Counted from the first letter of the whole stretch, positions 10,550 to 23,195 are shown. The stretch is DNA of 63,999 nucleotides, filler included, from Basidioascus undulatus (GCA_000826855.1; 10 parts of 10 records of this genome joined end to end with filler, not necessarily neighbours in it), one strand, 5' to 3'. Numbers and translations are program-made. Notes: a model not told the origin generated them from the letters alone.

Positions 10550-12959
10550 GCGCAGTCAGCTGCGAGCGTTTGGATTGCTTCGCCTGGCACTCCAATACCA
10601 GTACCGCTCGTCTACTGTTTATGTACTTTTGCCTGTTTCAGCTGAATTCTGCCCACAACCCACTATGTACTTAGGCATAAACATGTGCAGTTTGGAAGCA
10701 CCGTGGCGAGGCATGTTCAACAGTGATATCTGCAGCTCTGACAGTACAGGGAATTTTTTGGATATGAAAAGGTTGAAGAGGCTTCTGTAACAGTGGGATC
10801 TCTACCAGGCACAGCTAAATGATCGCTGGCCCCTTTATCCACCTGGGTACTGTGTTTGCAATTTCACTGTTATGGTTGCTACACTGTCAGGTGCACTGAC
10901 ACAAAAGGCACTTTGGCATTTATGACAGGGATTACTTCCAAAGGACAGGGATTCAAATGAGCAAGGCCAAAATTATGCCTGTACCATGTGTTCAAGCGGC
11001 CTGGGATGGGGGGGTTTGTGTTCACTGTCCCTGGCATCAGCCTGGCTGCTCGGTGTTGCGGTTCCACTGCCTGGCCGCAGATCTGTTTGCACTGCAGCAA
11101 CATGAGTCTCGACACAAGCCCCTCCGGCAGTGGGGCTGGATTGCCTCAAGCACTAGGGCTGATTAGTTCAGTTCTATTCCAGGCTTGCAACTGAAGCCAT
11201 GCCGCATTGTAAATTGAGTTTGAAAGTAGTTGTGGATTATAAAAGCCCTTGTGAGCAAACTCAGAATCATCTCTGTCCCTTGCATTTGCCTGGCTGCTGC
11301 AACTCGCGATCCCACCATCTAGCTGCTGATCTGTCTGCACTGCACTGACATGGGTGTGACTTGAAAACAGGTGCCCAGAAGGGTTTCTAGAGTACTTAAA
11401 TCCACGTCAGTTTATCCTTATCCCTGGCATTGGCCCAGCTGCTGGGTGTTGCAATTCCATCACATGGCCACTGATCTGTCAGGGGTGCACTGACGTAGTT
11501 GTCCATTTGATTTTGGAGCTTGCCTTCCTAGTGTATTCTTTTAGAAGGGGGACATATGCTCAACCCCAACAATGGCTTTTCTTGTAAGCAGGCAGAGCTG
11601 TGTTTGGCCAGACCATGGTAGTGTTGCCTTGTCCTTATTAACAGAACTTCTCCTTCCTGACACATCGTCAATGCATTCAATCCCTATTGACTCCCATAAT
11701 AAAGTGATGAACAGTTTTTCTCAGCCAAACAACGCCAGCCAGATTTCAGCTGTATTGCTGCATGGAGATTTGTGAATGTCCTCTCGCCACAGCGAGGAAC
11801 CGGTCTGTGTATTCCCAGCAAGATTTCCAATACAACTCGACACTCAATCCGGTTCAAGTGGAATGCAAGAGCTCCTCTTCACTCATCTGGGAAGACTCGA
11901 CTTGACACAATGCATCCGATTCACGGATTTCCTCCGAAATTTCCGACCCGGGAAAGACGCGTCTTGGACGCGTTCGCAGCATGCCCATCAACCACACCTT
12001 TCCCCCCATTCACTGACTGTCGTGTGCTCAGACCTGATTCAATTCTCTACCTTTTTTAGCAACTCTCTCTGCACTCGATAAAATGTACACGCAGCACAGG
12101 AGTTTCCAGGTGAGCCATGACTGACGCATTTGACCCTGCTCTGCTTCACATGCTGACCCTCAACAGCCTGGATGTGTGGATCAAGGTAGGCGGTGTGTCA
12201 TGTCTGAGTACAGCTTGAAGGTTAAGGTGATGAGGCTGGGTGGAGTGTTTCATTGAGTCGGAGGAAGGCAAAGGTGCATTGGGTTGTCTCCATGACTCAG
12301 CCTGCGTGCTTCGGCAGGACACTCACAAGTGCCTCCAGCGTTCATCGTCAAGCAGCGCGATGGTGTGTTCGCCAGGCCGAGATGTGCAGGTAGCTCTACA
12401 TCGACAGTGCACACACTGGGAGTGCAGGATGTCTGGCATGCCCGGGATCATGACGACCCTCGCAGGCAAAGTCCTCACTGTGACAACCAAGGTGCCATTT
12501 GAGTTTCCCAAACTCCAGCTCACGGGTATGTTTTCTCTGCTTTGTGTGGGTTGTTGGATTGGGAAGGTGGTGGCTGAGATAGAGATGACTGCGGCAGCGG
12601 GGCTCGCTACACACTGTCACCGCCTCTGAGAAAGCTATTTTAGAACGATAAGAAAAAGAGGGATCAAGATATCTACCTAATTAGAGAATATCCTGGCAGA
12701 ATATTCAAGATGCTGAAGGTTGAGCATGCGGCTGATTGTCAACGCTCGTCGTCCGTTTGGTTCCAGGCGGTGCTTGAGTGAATGTGGGCCGTGTCGACTT
12801 GTGAGATGATTTTGGGCTGGAGTTGGGCTTTAGGTCCTTGTTAAGCATTGCCTCTGGAGAGCTTCGTATGGATTTCTCTGTCGGCTGTGGAAGGCTTCAT
12901 TTTTGGTGAACTAGCGAAAATTTTCACTTGCTGCCTCGCCTGAACCAAGTTCTGGACAT
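10550..12959. repeat. Degenerate, CpG-depleted repeat or transposon-derived sequence with internal ~59-bp repeats; class not assignable
   Basis: Lower GC and visible TG/CA excess relative to flanking genes, no spliceable gene found, related segments at 11028-11086, 11288-11344 and 11421-11479. Confidence 0.55.
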
Positions 12960-13059
12960 NNNNNNNNNNNNNNNNNNNNNNNNNNNNNNNNNNNNNNNNN
13001 NNNTTAATTAATTAANNNNNNNNNNNNNNNNNNNNNNNNNNNNNNNNNNNNNNNNNNNN

Positions 13060-13980
13060 CCGGCGGGGGGGCCGGAGATCGAGTTGGCCAGGAGGGCGGC
13101 CTCGAGCTCCTCAAGCGTGAGCGGGGCAGACGGGCCGGGCGCGAGCGGAGGCGTGCCGCGCCCGTAGGCTGGACCGGAGAGCGCGGGGGCCGCGTGACGC
13201 AGAAAGGGGGAGTTGTGCTGCGAAGACGTGGGCGGGTGCAGCGGCGGATGAGCGAAAGAGGGGAAGGGAGAGCCGCGAGGAGGGGTCGGGGTGCCTTCAT
13301 GTGGAGCTCTCTTCCATCAGCCAATGCTCCCAGAGGAACAAACCAACCCACGGCACGCACCTGCAGCACTGCCCCAGAGTGACTTGACCCCGCCCTGCCC
13401 GCCCAGCGAACCCTTGGGTGCGAGGGGCATGGTCGAGTCCGGGCCCCAGAGCGCCTCGAGCGAGGGCGTCGCGGGCTTGCTCGGCTGGCGCTGGTGCTGC
13501 TGTTGCTGCTGCTGCTGAGGCTTGGACTGGGGGAACGCGGACGGGGCGGGCTCGAAGAAGCTGGCGCCGGCGCCGCTGGTCGATGCGCTGGGGCCATAGC
13601 CAAAGTCAAAGTCCTTGCCTGTGGATCCGCGCAACAACCAAATCAGCGAACGGGGAAGGATCGCTTCAGATCTCCACTGGGACGCACCAACCGGCCCCTC
13701 GCCGCCAAAGGTCTCGTCGTTCACATCGTCGCCCGACTCGTGGAGCTGCTTTGCGAGGTCGTCAAAGCCAGGCTCGCCCCAGGTGTACACCTCGAGGTCT
13801 TCGTCGCCAGCGAGCTCGCGCAGACGGCGCTTTTCCGCCTCGTCATCCTGGGCGTATCCCAGCCCCGGCCGATCGCGCGGGAGGGTGGTGTCGAAGCCGA
13901 AAAAGGACCTAAGGGGAGAGTAGACTGGGGGGTTCAGAGACAATCTGGGGAGGGATGGGAGTAGGTGTGGGCGCGCACAT
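13060..13980 (-). CDS. PAT1: mRNA decay/decapping activator Pat1, 5' part (cut by contig edge)
   Basis: Start codon split AT|G by intron 13978-13909; MSFFGFDTTLPRD...EDLEVYTWGE...LHESGDDVNDETFGGEGPVG|KDFDFG matches the fungal Pat1 N-terminus, including the FDF motif. Confidence 0.88.
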
Positions 13981-14280
13981 CGACTGGAATTGGGCGGCAG
14001 ATGGGGCAGATGGTGATGGCGAGAAGGCAAGCGTGGGCGGGCGAGGGAAATGTTATCGAATCGAACCAAGACTAGCAAATCACTAATGTAAATCTCTAGT
14101 TCGGGTGTTCCCCGCACTCCGCACTGACACCGGTGCTGTGACACTCCCCTTGCTCGCTGTCCCATCCTTGCCCTTGCTCTACTCGTCTCCACCACCACCC
14201 TCGCTATTCCACCCGCCGAGCAGCCCATCAAACACCGTCTCCTCGCCGTTCTAGTCGCCGTCGTCGTCGGGCCAGTAACG

Positions 14281-17200
14281 ATGACGGACCTCCCAAAGCT
14301 CCTCAAGTCGCGTGCGGCCCCCTGTCTCTTCCCTTCCGCCCGCCCTGCCCTGCCCCTTGTGCCTACTCAACCTACTCACCCTCCTGTGCTCCCACAACAG
14401 ACTACCTCCAGACACTCCGCTCCACATCTCCCGCCCAATGGAAGGTCCTCGTCACCGACTCTGTCTCCCGCGACCTCCTCCTCTCCCCTCTCAAGCAGTC
14501 CGAGGTCCTCGAGGAGAAGATCACAGAGATCCAGGCGATCGAGGACCAGGGACGGCAGCCTACGTCGTTTGAGGCGGTGTACTTCTTGCTCCCCACGACC
14601 CAGAATGTCGAGCGTGTCATCAGGGACTTTGATGGGCAGACGATGTACAAGGGCGCCCATGTCTACTTCCTCGATGGTGCGTCCCCGGTTTCCTTCCCCT
14701 TGGTCGCCCTCCCTAAAGCACTCAGCGTCTCTGGGCGGTCTGCAGTCCTCCCTAAATCCCTCGAAAACCGCATCATGTCGTCTCCCCTCACACCTTTCCT
14801 CCTCAACCTCGGCGATCTGTCCACCAATCTCAACGCGCTCGAGTCCCGCGCGTTCACGACCGCCCAGCCCTCCGCATTCTCCTCCTTCTATGGGCCGGGG
14901 TCCACGCTCGCCCTGGCGGACATCGAGGTCGGGTTCATAGTGAAGGGCGTGCGTTCTCTCTTCCTCCTCCTCCCCCCGCCCTCCTCTAATCCACCTTCCC
15001 TACCCCGCAGCTCCTCAACCTCTTTGTCCTCCTCAACATCGCCCCCCAAATCCGCTATCAAACCCCTGCCATCCCACTGGGCCCCTTCTCTTCGGCCGCT
15101 CCCGACCCCTCCTCTTCCTCCTCCTCCGGCCTCTCCCTCCGCCGCGCCGGCGTCGGCGGCTGGCGGGAAGCCTTCAAGGGCGGCTCGTCCACGTCCTCCT
15201 CCGATGGCGTCTGCCGGCGCGTCGCCATCGCTCTCCAGCGCGAGCTGGACGCCTTCCACGCATCGAACCCCGACTTTGGAAAGCCCCCCGCCTCCTCCCA
15301 CCACCTTCATCACCACCACTCCACGCAGCCGCCCCTGCTCCTCATCACCGAGCGTGCGCTCGACACGGCGCTCCCGCTCCTCCACGAGTTCACGTACCAG
15401 TCCCTCGCGCTCTCTGAGCTCCCCAAGGAGCTCATCAAGCGCTCGGCGTCCGGGCACGCCCCGCCCGCGTTCGCGTACCGCTCGTCGGCCAAATCGCAGA
15501 CGGGCGGGCCGGGGCTCAAGCAGCACCCGCTCGACGAGAAGGACGCGGTATGGGCGAAGATTCGACACCTCCATATGCGCGATGCGATCGAGGAGGTCGC
15601 GAAGCTCACCAGGGAGGCGGAGGAGATGGGCCGCGGATTCGAGGAGGGCCAGGGCCTCGATGGGCTTAGGAGCATGCTCGCTGGCTTGACAGATTTTCAG
15701 GAGATCAAGGAGAGGGTGAGTGAGGGGCTTGTGAAGGAGGAAGCGGGGAGAGCGGAAGGCTCATGTAGGGGACGACAGGCGTTCGTACACACCACGCTGT
15801 CGGACGCGTGCATGGCCCAGGTCAACGAGAGGCAGTTGATCGAGGTGGCGGATGTCGAACAGGTGCGTCTCCTCCGCTCACTCTTCCCCCGGTGTATCTG
15901 ATGGTCCCCGGCGCACCACACAGTGCTGCGTCACCGGCGTGACACCAGAGGGCAAGACGCCGCGCACGCTCGTAGAGCAAATGGTGCCCCTCCTCGACCG
16001 GATGAACATCCGGTGCGCTTTTCTTCGTCCAGCCACACTCCGACTGCACGCACTTGCTGATGTCCCTCCCCTCGCGCCATAGGCAGTACGACAAAGTCCG
16101 GATCATCGCGCTGTACATCATGCACAAGGACGGCGTGACGGACGAGGACCGCCGAAGGCTGTACCAGCACGCGCGCCTCGCGCCCGCCGAGCAGGACGCG
16201 GTCGACAACCTCGTCCATCTGGGCGTGAAGATTTCGAGGGTGCGTTGCGCACGAAGTCTGGCGACTCGGGCGAGACTGACGTGCTGGGATGAATGGCAGA
16301 ACGACCCGAGGCAGGAGAAGTGGAAAAAGCAAAAGTACCGGGGCGTCACGCCGGAGAATTCCTATGACACGGCGCGGTACGTGCCCGTGCTTAAGACGTG
16401 CCTGCAAGTAAGTCCTTCTTCACACATTCTCCCGCGTGGCCCCCGCTCATCTCATTCGTCTCACAGGAACTCCTTACGGCCCGCCTCGACCCTTCCGCGT
16501 TCCCCGCGCTCGCCCATCCGTTCGCCCCCTCCCCCGGCGCTCCTTCCCTCTCCCCCAACCCTGCCCCCGCACACCCCTCCTCGCTCCGCTCCTCCCGCTC
16601 CGGAGGCCTCACGAGCGGCGCTGTACCATCGCCCTCATCTTCCCCGTCCCCCACGCCCTCCTCCCAGGGCTCGCTCCGCTCTGCCCGCCCAACCTGGGCA
16701 TCCGCAAGCCGCGGCGGGTCGGGCAGCGGCAGTGCCAGCGGGAGCATGGGCCGCGCGGCGGGCCCGGGCCCGGGCGCCGTTCCGGATCGGAAGGCCCTCC
16801 TTGCCGAGAAGGATAGGCAGAAGGTCGTCGTGTTTGTGTGTGGCGGGATGACGTACGGCGAGATGCGCAGCGCGTACGAGGTCGCGGAGGCGAGCGGGAA
16901 GGACGTGCTCATCGGTTCGTGGCGCTTCCCTACGGCACACTTTCCACATCGCGCATCGTCGCTGACTGCTCCTCCTCGTCCAGGCTCAACGCACACGATC
17001 GTCCCTGAAGAGTACGTCAAGTCACTCCAAAACCTAGCCCGAGGCAGTGCCCTGGGCGGTGGCACCGCGGCAAACGCGCCGTACAAGTTCGCGCCGACGT
17101 CCACGGCGCTGAACCGCCCGGACCCATACGCAAACCGGGAGCGGCTGACCGCGCCGCCGCCGCCGCCGCCGTCGGAGGAGGAGCAGGCCGTGGAGCGCGA

Positions 17201-17298
17201 GCGCTCGTTCCTGGACGCGTATGACCGCAAGTACTGGACGGAGGACATCGCGCCCCCCACTCCTCTTTCCTCCCCTTCCCCGCTTCTCTCAACCTTCA
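14281..17298 (+). CDS. SEC1: Sec1/Munc18-family exocytosis protein Sec1 (C-terminal tail cut by contig edge)
   Basis: WKVLVTD...EAVYFLLPTTQNV...HEFTYQ...DAVWAKIRHLHMRDAI...DKVRIIALYIMHKDGVTDEDRRRLYQHARL...VVVFVCGGMTYGEMRSAYEV..GSTH. Confidence 0.93.
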
Positions 17299-17444
17299 NN
17301 NNNNNNNNNNNNNNNNNNNNNNNNNNNNNNNNNNNNNNNNNNTTAATTAATTAANNNNNNNNNNNNNNNNNNNNNNNNNNNNNNNNNNNNNNNNNNNNAT
17401 AGTTTTGATTCACCGAAGCAGTTATTGATCGGTTCGGTCATCAG

Positions 17445-17764
17445 CTGCACACATTGCCACTCCCGCCCGTCTTCCCCTCTCCACCTCAACCGCCGCCGTC
17501 CCCGCCGTAGGCACGCCCTCCAAAGCGCAGCCGCTCCCCCCCTCCGCGGCCTTCCGGCCCCCACCGCCCGCGCAGCCCTCGGCTCTCAAGACGATGTGGA
17601 CGCGCGCTGCCGGGGCGGGCGCGGGCGCGGGGACGAACGAGTGGGGGATCAAGGTACCCCCCGCGCAGGGAGCGCAGGGAGGACAGGCACAGGCGGCACA
17701 GGGAGGACAGCAGGGGGAGAAGGGGTGGGGCGGGAAGTTAGGGGATATATTGTTTGGGTTCTGA
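17445..17764 (+). CDS. Last exon of a probable nucleoporin Nup53/Nup35-like gene
   Basis: After a CAG acceptor at 17444: ...VGTPSKAQPLPPSAAFR...GEKGWGGKLGDILFGF*. The terminal K(L)xDxLFG(F/W) resembles the Nup53 C-terminal amphipathic helix; the RRM is not in the contig. Confidence 0.5.
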
Positions 17765-18263
17765 GATGTCGGAGGGAGGGAGTCGGCGGAAGAGGGGATG
17801 GTAGTGCGCGCGGAGTTGTCTGGACATCTTGCTGCGATGTGTTGATGCACGCTTACTGCCATGTACTCGCCTGCTCCCGCACAATTCAGTTGCTGTATAA
17901 TCTGTGATTTCGTCAAGTGAGTTCGATCTGCTGTGCGACTCTAATAACCCACGGTTTCCTGCACACAACGGCGAAACTGCTGTCCAGAGGAAGAATCCGG
18001 CTGCATGCCGCCTGGCCCCGGCTCACATAACGATTCTGTCAAGCCATGCATAGTGCAGACATGGAGCATGCGGCTCTTATGCAAATTGCTCGAATGGGGA
18101 TTCTCCGGGGTCACGGGCGAAGAGCGACTTCGCGCGACCGCGACGACAAACAGACCCGCGCCGCCTCGCTCTTGCTTCTTACCTCTTGCCTCCCTACCAC
18201 CTCGACCTTTCCGCTCAATTTCGTTCCCCTCCAGCTGGAATTTCTTTCGCTCGACGTTCTATC

Positions 18264-19430
18264 ATGACCGCTGTTCAGCTTTCCGTGGAGGTTTGGTCGC
18301 GCATCATAGAGCTTGCCTATGGCGGCTTTACGAACGGAGGCCGCCTAAGGAAGAGCGATGACTCGAGCTTCGTGTCGATTCCCCTCGTTTGCAAGTCATC
18401 GCTTGTGAGTTCATGGGAAGCACTAAATGAGGTTCCTGGTTCACTGAACAGCTCTGCGTACACCACAGATCATCTCGGAGCTGTTCCGCTATCTGTCCGT
18501 CCGCCTCGTAGGTTACGCGTCGGAGATCGCCTTCAGCGGCCTGCTGAGTAGCATCGATGTTGCCGGCCGTCGCCTCTCCGGTACACTCGGAAGCTTACGC
18601 TCAGTGTGATGACCCGTACCCATACTTGCTGGGCATCCTCACTTCGCGAGTCGCCTCGAAGAAGTGCTGGCTTTCACGATCATGCGACCTTCCGACCTTC
18701 GCACACTTGCTTCAACGAGCAGTCACACCCTCAGGGACGCATCGGAATTGTTGGAGATCTTGCGGTCCTTCACGGAGCTTCGCAGACGGCGCGTCTTTGC
18801 GTGTGACTACAGCGGGACCGATTCGGAAAAACAGCCTCTTTCTGCGATCGACCCGTTCGAGCTGGCACACTTGCGCCAAATTCAATTTCCATGCTGGTGC
18901 GGAAGTGATCCAGGAGACTATCTTTCTGTTCTTCTCTCGCTTAAAGTTCCCTGTCTTGGAGATCTCGCTGTCCTGTGCCGGTTGCTCCTTGCACCCTCTT
19001 GAGCGCTTCCTCGCTCGACACGGCTCTCAACTGCTCCGCCTCGAGGGGACTTTCTTTGATGAGGACCGACTATTGGGCTGCATTCCTTAATTACTGCTCG
19101 ATGCTCTGAGTACCTTGAAATATACCTCGAGAATGTGAGCGAGGCACTCATCAACTCCTTGCCACCTTCGCTTCGAGATATGGACATTGTGATCCAAACA
19201 AGCGAGGTGTCTCCCCTGGGTCAGCTTTCTTGACTGCTCTCGATCGTTGGTCAACAGCTTCCGGCACTCCGCCGGGTAGAGCTCTGCATCAACGATGATT
19301 CATCTTGGGACCATGAGATGCTGTCGGACTTCTGGGAGTCAGCAAAGGCCATTGCCTTCTCCCCTCGGGATTTGTCTCCAGGACAGATTTGAGGAGGTAT
19401 CCCTCGTTAGTACTCATTGTAAAGTGAAAT
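18264..19430 (+). pseudogene. F-box/LRR-like gene, disrupted
   Basis: MTAVQLSVEVWSRIIELAY...IPLVCK (F-box-like), then LRR-like segments (LAHLRQIQF, FLARHGSQLLRLE, LPPSLRDMDI, LPALRRVEL) spread over different frames with stops. Confidence 0.55.
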
Positions 19431-20629
19431 GTATCAGCGAGGCCTTGAGCGCATATCTGTAATCCTGTGCAAATCAAATTTGTGTCGTTGCGATGGCAAA
19501 CCCTGTACCGTTGTCGAATTACCTCGGCGGGCGGCGAAATAACGGGAACCTCATGCCACCATCAGGTTCTTGTCTTTCAAGCCGACAATTTGGATCAAGC
19601 CGGTGCTGCCCGAGAGAACAGGGGGTGATATTTCGAAATGAACGCTGGATCTTTGATAGCAGCTCTTGGTGGCAAGGCTCGGGCCACCATCCTATCTCTG
19701 GTAGCCCCAGGAGGCTTGATATTTCTTAATTCCCCACAATTTGCACGACATTCTGCAAAACATATTCATCAGTTTGTTCGTGCCATCTGAGTCGTCCCTC
19801 CGAGTCTCTTGACGCTGGTCTAGCACCCCTGCAGACTACGACTGTTAATCGGAAAACTGCACTCTCAATGGACTTGAACAAAGATTTACTATACTGTGGC
19901 AGTCCGTTCAAGTCTCATAGCTGACTCAAAGCATATGCGACGGCGGAACCAGTCGACAGTCTATTCCGTTCCTCCGCTCCGCTTTCCCTGCGGAAGCAAT
20001 CTCTTCCACCTCCATTCATCCCTTCACCATGGAGAAGAAAGCACATCCAGACTTCTCGGACGAGGATTTTCTCCTTGACCTACGTCTTCTTCAGCTTTTT
20101 GGATCCCTCCGGGGCGGCGCTGGGGCTGCACGCTGTCCACACTCCGCATGACAACATTGCATGCGCCCAATGGCATGCACCAAATACTACTTCACTGCAC
20201 GGTTCCTCGCGATCTCGTCCAGATGGAAGTCTTTAAAGGAGTACGGTTGAGACAAGTCGTCCGACCCTTCCTTCCCTCGTCCCTTCGCTCTCCTCGACCT
20301 TCCCTACCATCCACTCACCCCCTCACCGCCCCGTCCGCCCTCCGCCAACTTTCAAATTCACCACTCACACTTCACCAATACACCCGAGACTCACTCCACA
20401 GCTTCAAACCGAACGCGCCACCGACTCCCCGAACTCCTCATGCAGCGCGCACCTACACCAACCCAACAGCGCAACCAAAAAAAGTCATGCCCAAATCTAC
20501 TCATACACAACACCGAGCGACAACCACGACAACCAAAACCCCACCCCCCAAAGTTCCTCACCAAATCAGCCGAAAGTGTCCAAAAAGAAGCGAAGCGGAA
20601 AGCGTCATGATCTCGCCGTCCATGTCGTC

Positions 20630-21474
20630 TCACGGCTCCATCCCCATCCCCGCCGCGGCGCCCAGTTGCCCCTCTCCCTGGCCGTGTTCCTCTTCCTCCC
20701 CCTCGCCTTCACCATCTCCTTCGCCGTCCCCATCGTCCTCCTCATCCCGCAGCAGGTCCGACGCAGCCATCTCTCCCTCTCCCTCGTCCTCTCTCTCAAC
20801 CTCATCCTCCTCCTCCTGCGCGGCCGCACGCCCTCCATCCGCCGGAGCCGGTCCCTCGGCATCAGGCCCAGCCTTCACTGCACCCTCCGTCCCCTCCGCC
20901 GCCGGCCAAGGCGTCGGCGCCGTCTCCCCCTCCCCTCTCTCCCCCTCAACATCCATCCCCGTCCCCATCCCCTTCCCCGGGCTCCCTCCAGCGCCCACAT
21001 GCGCCCCCGAGCCCAGCCCAGGGATCAAGCTCAGGTCGGGCATCTCCGTCCCCACGCCCTCAGGGCCGACGGGGATGCCCAAAGCCTCGCGCGCTTCCCG
21101 CGCCAGCTTTTGGGAGAAGGCGAAGGCTGCAACGTCCCCGTCGCGTTTTTCGATGCGCTTCACTTTCTTCCTGTGTGGTGGGGAGGGGGAGGTGTCAGTC
21201 GGAAAAGAGGGAATAGGAAGGAGGGAAGGAGAGGGAAAAGAAGGAGGGAGGATAGAAGGAAGGGAGGGAGTGGGGAAAAGACGAACCTGCACCGATCGCA
21301 CGTCGACCCCGGACCGCCCAAGCCCGGGCCCCACTTCTCGATGCACCTTCCCTCAGCAGAGTACCTCCCCGGCCTAAGGCAGCTATGGCACAGCCTCGGG
21401 TTGAGGGGCGTGAACGACTGCGGGTGGTGCGGCGGCGCGGGCGGGCGGTGCGTCTTCTTGATCGCCGCCGACAT
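20630..21474 (-). CDS. GATA-like (C-x2-C-x26-C-x2-C) zinc-finger protein with acidic/Gly-rich tail
   Basis: Exons 21474-21287 and 21170-20630: CHSCLRPGRYSAEGRCIEKWGPGLGGPGSTCDRCRKKVKRIEKR followed by a low-complexity acidic region ending GMGMEP*. Confidence 0.7.
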
Positions 21475-21827
21475 GGATGCGCTGGGGTAGGAGGGGGAGA
21501 TGGAGGTGGGAAAGTGGGAAAGGGAGAGAGGAAGGGGCGGCGGCGAGGAGAGCCGCGAGGAGGACGTATTGGTCGGATTAGTTTATGTGTAGGTAGGATT
21601 TGGTATTGGGAGGAGGAGGAGGAGATCGAGCAATGANNNNNNNNNNNNNNNNNNNNNNNNNNNNNNNNNNNNNNNNNNNNTTAATTAATTAANNNNNNNN
21701 NNNNNNNNNNNNNNNNNNNNNNNNNNNNNNNNNNNNCGTTTTTTGGTTCTTTCTTGCTCTCGGAGTGTCTGAAGGCTGACATCGTGCATGGTTGGGAGGT
21801 CGCTTTTGATGTCTATGGGGAGTCCAG

Positions 21828-22521
21828 ATAAACGCGTTTGATAATCCCGAGTTTGCGGCAGCCGTTGCGGTCACGGGGAGGAAGCAGCTCATCACCTCGG
21901 GGATCGTGACCAATACATGAGGCGTTTCTCTCCGGGAGTGTGCTCTCCTTGTAGATTGACTGACGGGCACGATGTCCAGACGTCTGCGTTACGTTCGCCG
22001 CACTTTCCACTGGCGACCTCGGCTATGAGGTCTACGTCGTCACGGACGCCAGCAGCACATTCAATGAACAAATCCGAGGTGCGCAGAGCACACTTTCAGA
22101 CTCCCGCTGTGCAGTCGGGTTGCTCACGAATGTACCTTCAAACAGACGCGTCATACCTCCGATTGCAGGTCCGTCGTCGTTACTTCCCATCACATCCCTC
22201 TCCCCGTATCCACTTTATTACATCGTACCGCCCGCAACACAGGCCAACGGCATCCAGCTCCTCAACGTCTTCGCTGTGGGCTGCGAACACGAGCGCGACT
22301 GGCGTGTCGACCTTCCGGGCCTCACGGCCCTCTTCAACGGCGGCCAGGCGTCATATCTGAACCTTTATAGGATCGTGTGCGTACCTCTCCGAGGGTGCAT
22401 AAGCGGGGGCTCAAGCTGGCGCTCTGCCCGGCCCTGCCGCTGTGGTTTTGTCAGTTCTCGGTTGTTTTCGGGTCTGTGGTGGTGTTGGACCTGGTGTATG
22501 TGGAAACCTTTGGTTATATAA
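21828..22521 (+). pseudogene. Isochorismatase-family hydrolase (YcaC-like), 3' part, with a destroyed splice donor; 3' end approximate
   Basis: INAFDNPEFAAAVAVTGRKQLITSGIVT|xVCVTFAALSTGDLGYEVYVVTDASSTFNEQ...ANGIQLLNVFAVGCEHERDWRVDLPGL closely parallels YcaC. The expected donor at 21913 reads ATACAT and read-through hits TGA. Confidence 0.75.
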
Positions 22522-23195
22522 TGCATGATTATATACCTTGAATTGTGAGCCAGAGTCGCACGGCTGGCAATCTGGAAAGATTGCCGCGAGCCGAGTCAGT
22601 TCGCAGAACTTTCCAAAGCTGTCTATCTTCATGAATTGTTCTAAAAAAAACCAGTCTCCTTTATTTGTTTAATGATGGATTCCCGACAGTCAGTGAAGGA
22701 TAACGCGGGGAAGGCGAAACGAACGACGATGCTGGGCAGCTGCAGGTTTTAGGAGAAGGAAGGGGTGGAGTATGTAGAAAGGCTGTTTACCTTCAGAAAA
22801 CATGTTGTACATTACTTATTGAGGCTAATTATGCGTTATTTGAGATGCGCGGCATTTGTGAGGTTTGGAGAGACCCAGGTTGGCCGCTGAAGCTGTGTTG
22901 ACACGAGGCTCTTTACCGAGCTCCTCATGAGCGCATGATCCAGGGTGAATCACAAAGTACATTCCATGTTTTCTGGTTTTGAGTTCGCAGTTCGTCCTGC
23001 GCCGTGCCTATCGGTCTCAACGCATTGCGGACCGACTCCACTGCAGACGGACTCCCACGCCGCGCTGCCAGCGCTTCCTTGTCCGCCGCCATGTTACCCG
23101 CGTTACCCGCGTCGCAGTCCTTCTCATTCGAAGCAGCCCATCTGCTTTTGTAGCCATCGCTTTTCGATTCTGGCGCTCAGTACCTCACACTCACC

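Noticed and set aside
10620..10720. Minus-strand peptide FMPKYIVGCGQNSAETG resembling a KDZ (Zisupton-type) transposase motif
   Set aside because: Too short, and it lacks the H..H..C and D/E catalytic residues and any other supporting motif; it cannot be called without a profile search.
21913..21979. Possible minor-spliceosome (AT-AC/U12) intron
   Set aside because: The 5' end is ATACATGA rather than ATATCCTT, the acceptor is AG and the branch site is U2-type; a mutated GT donor is the simpler explanation.
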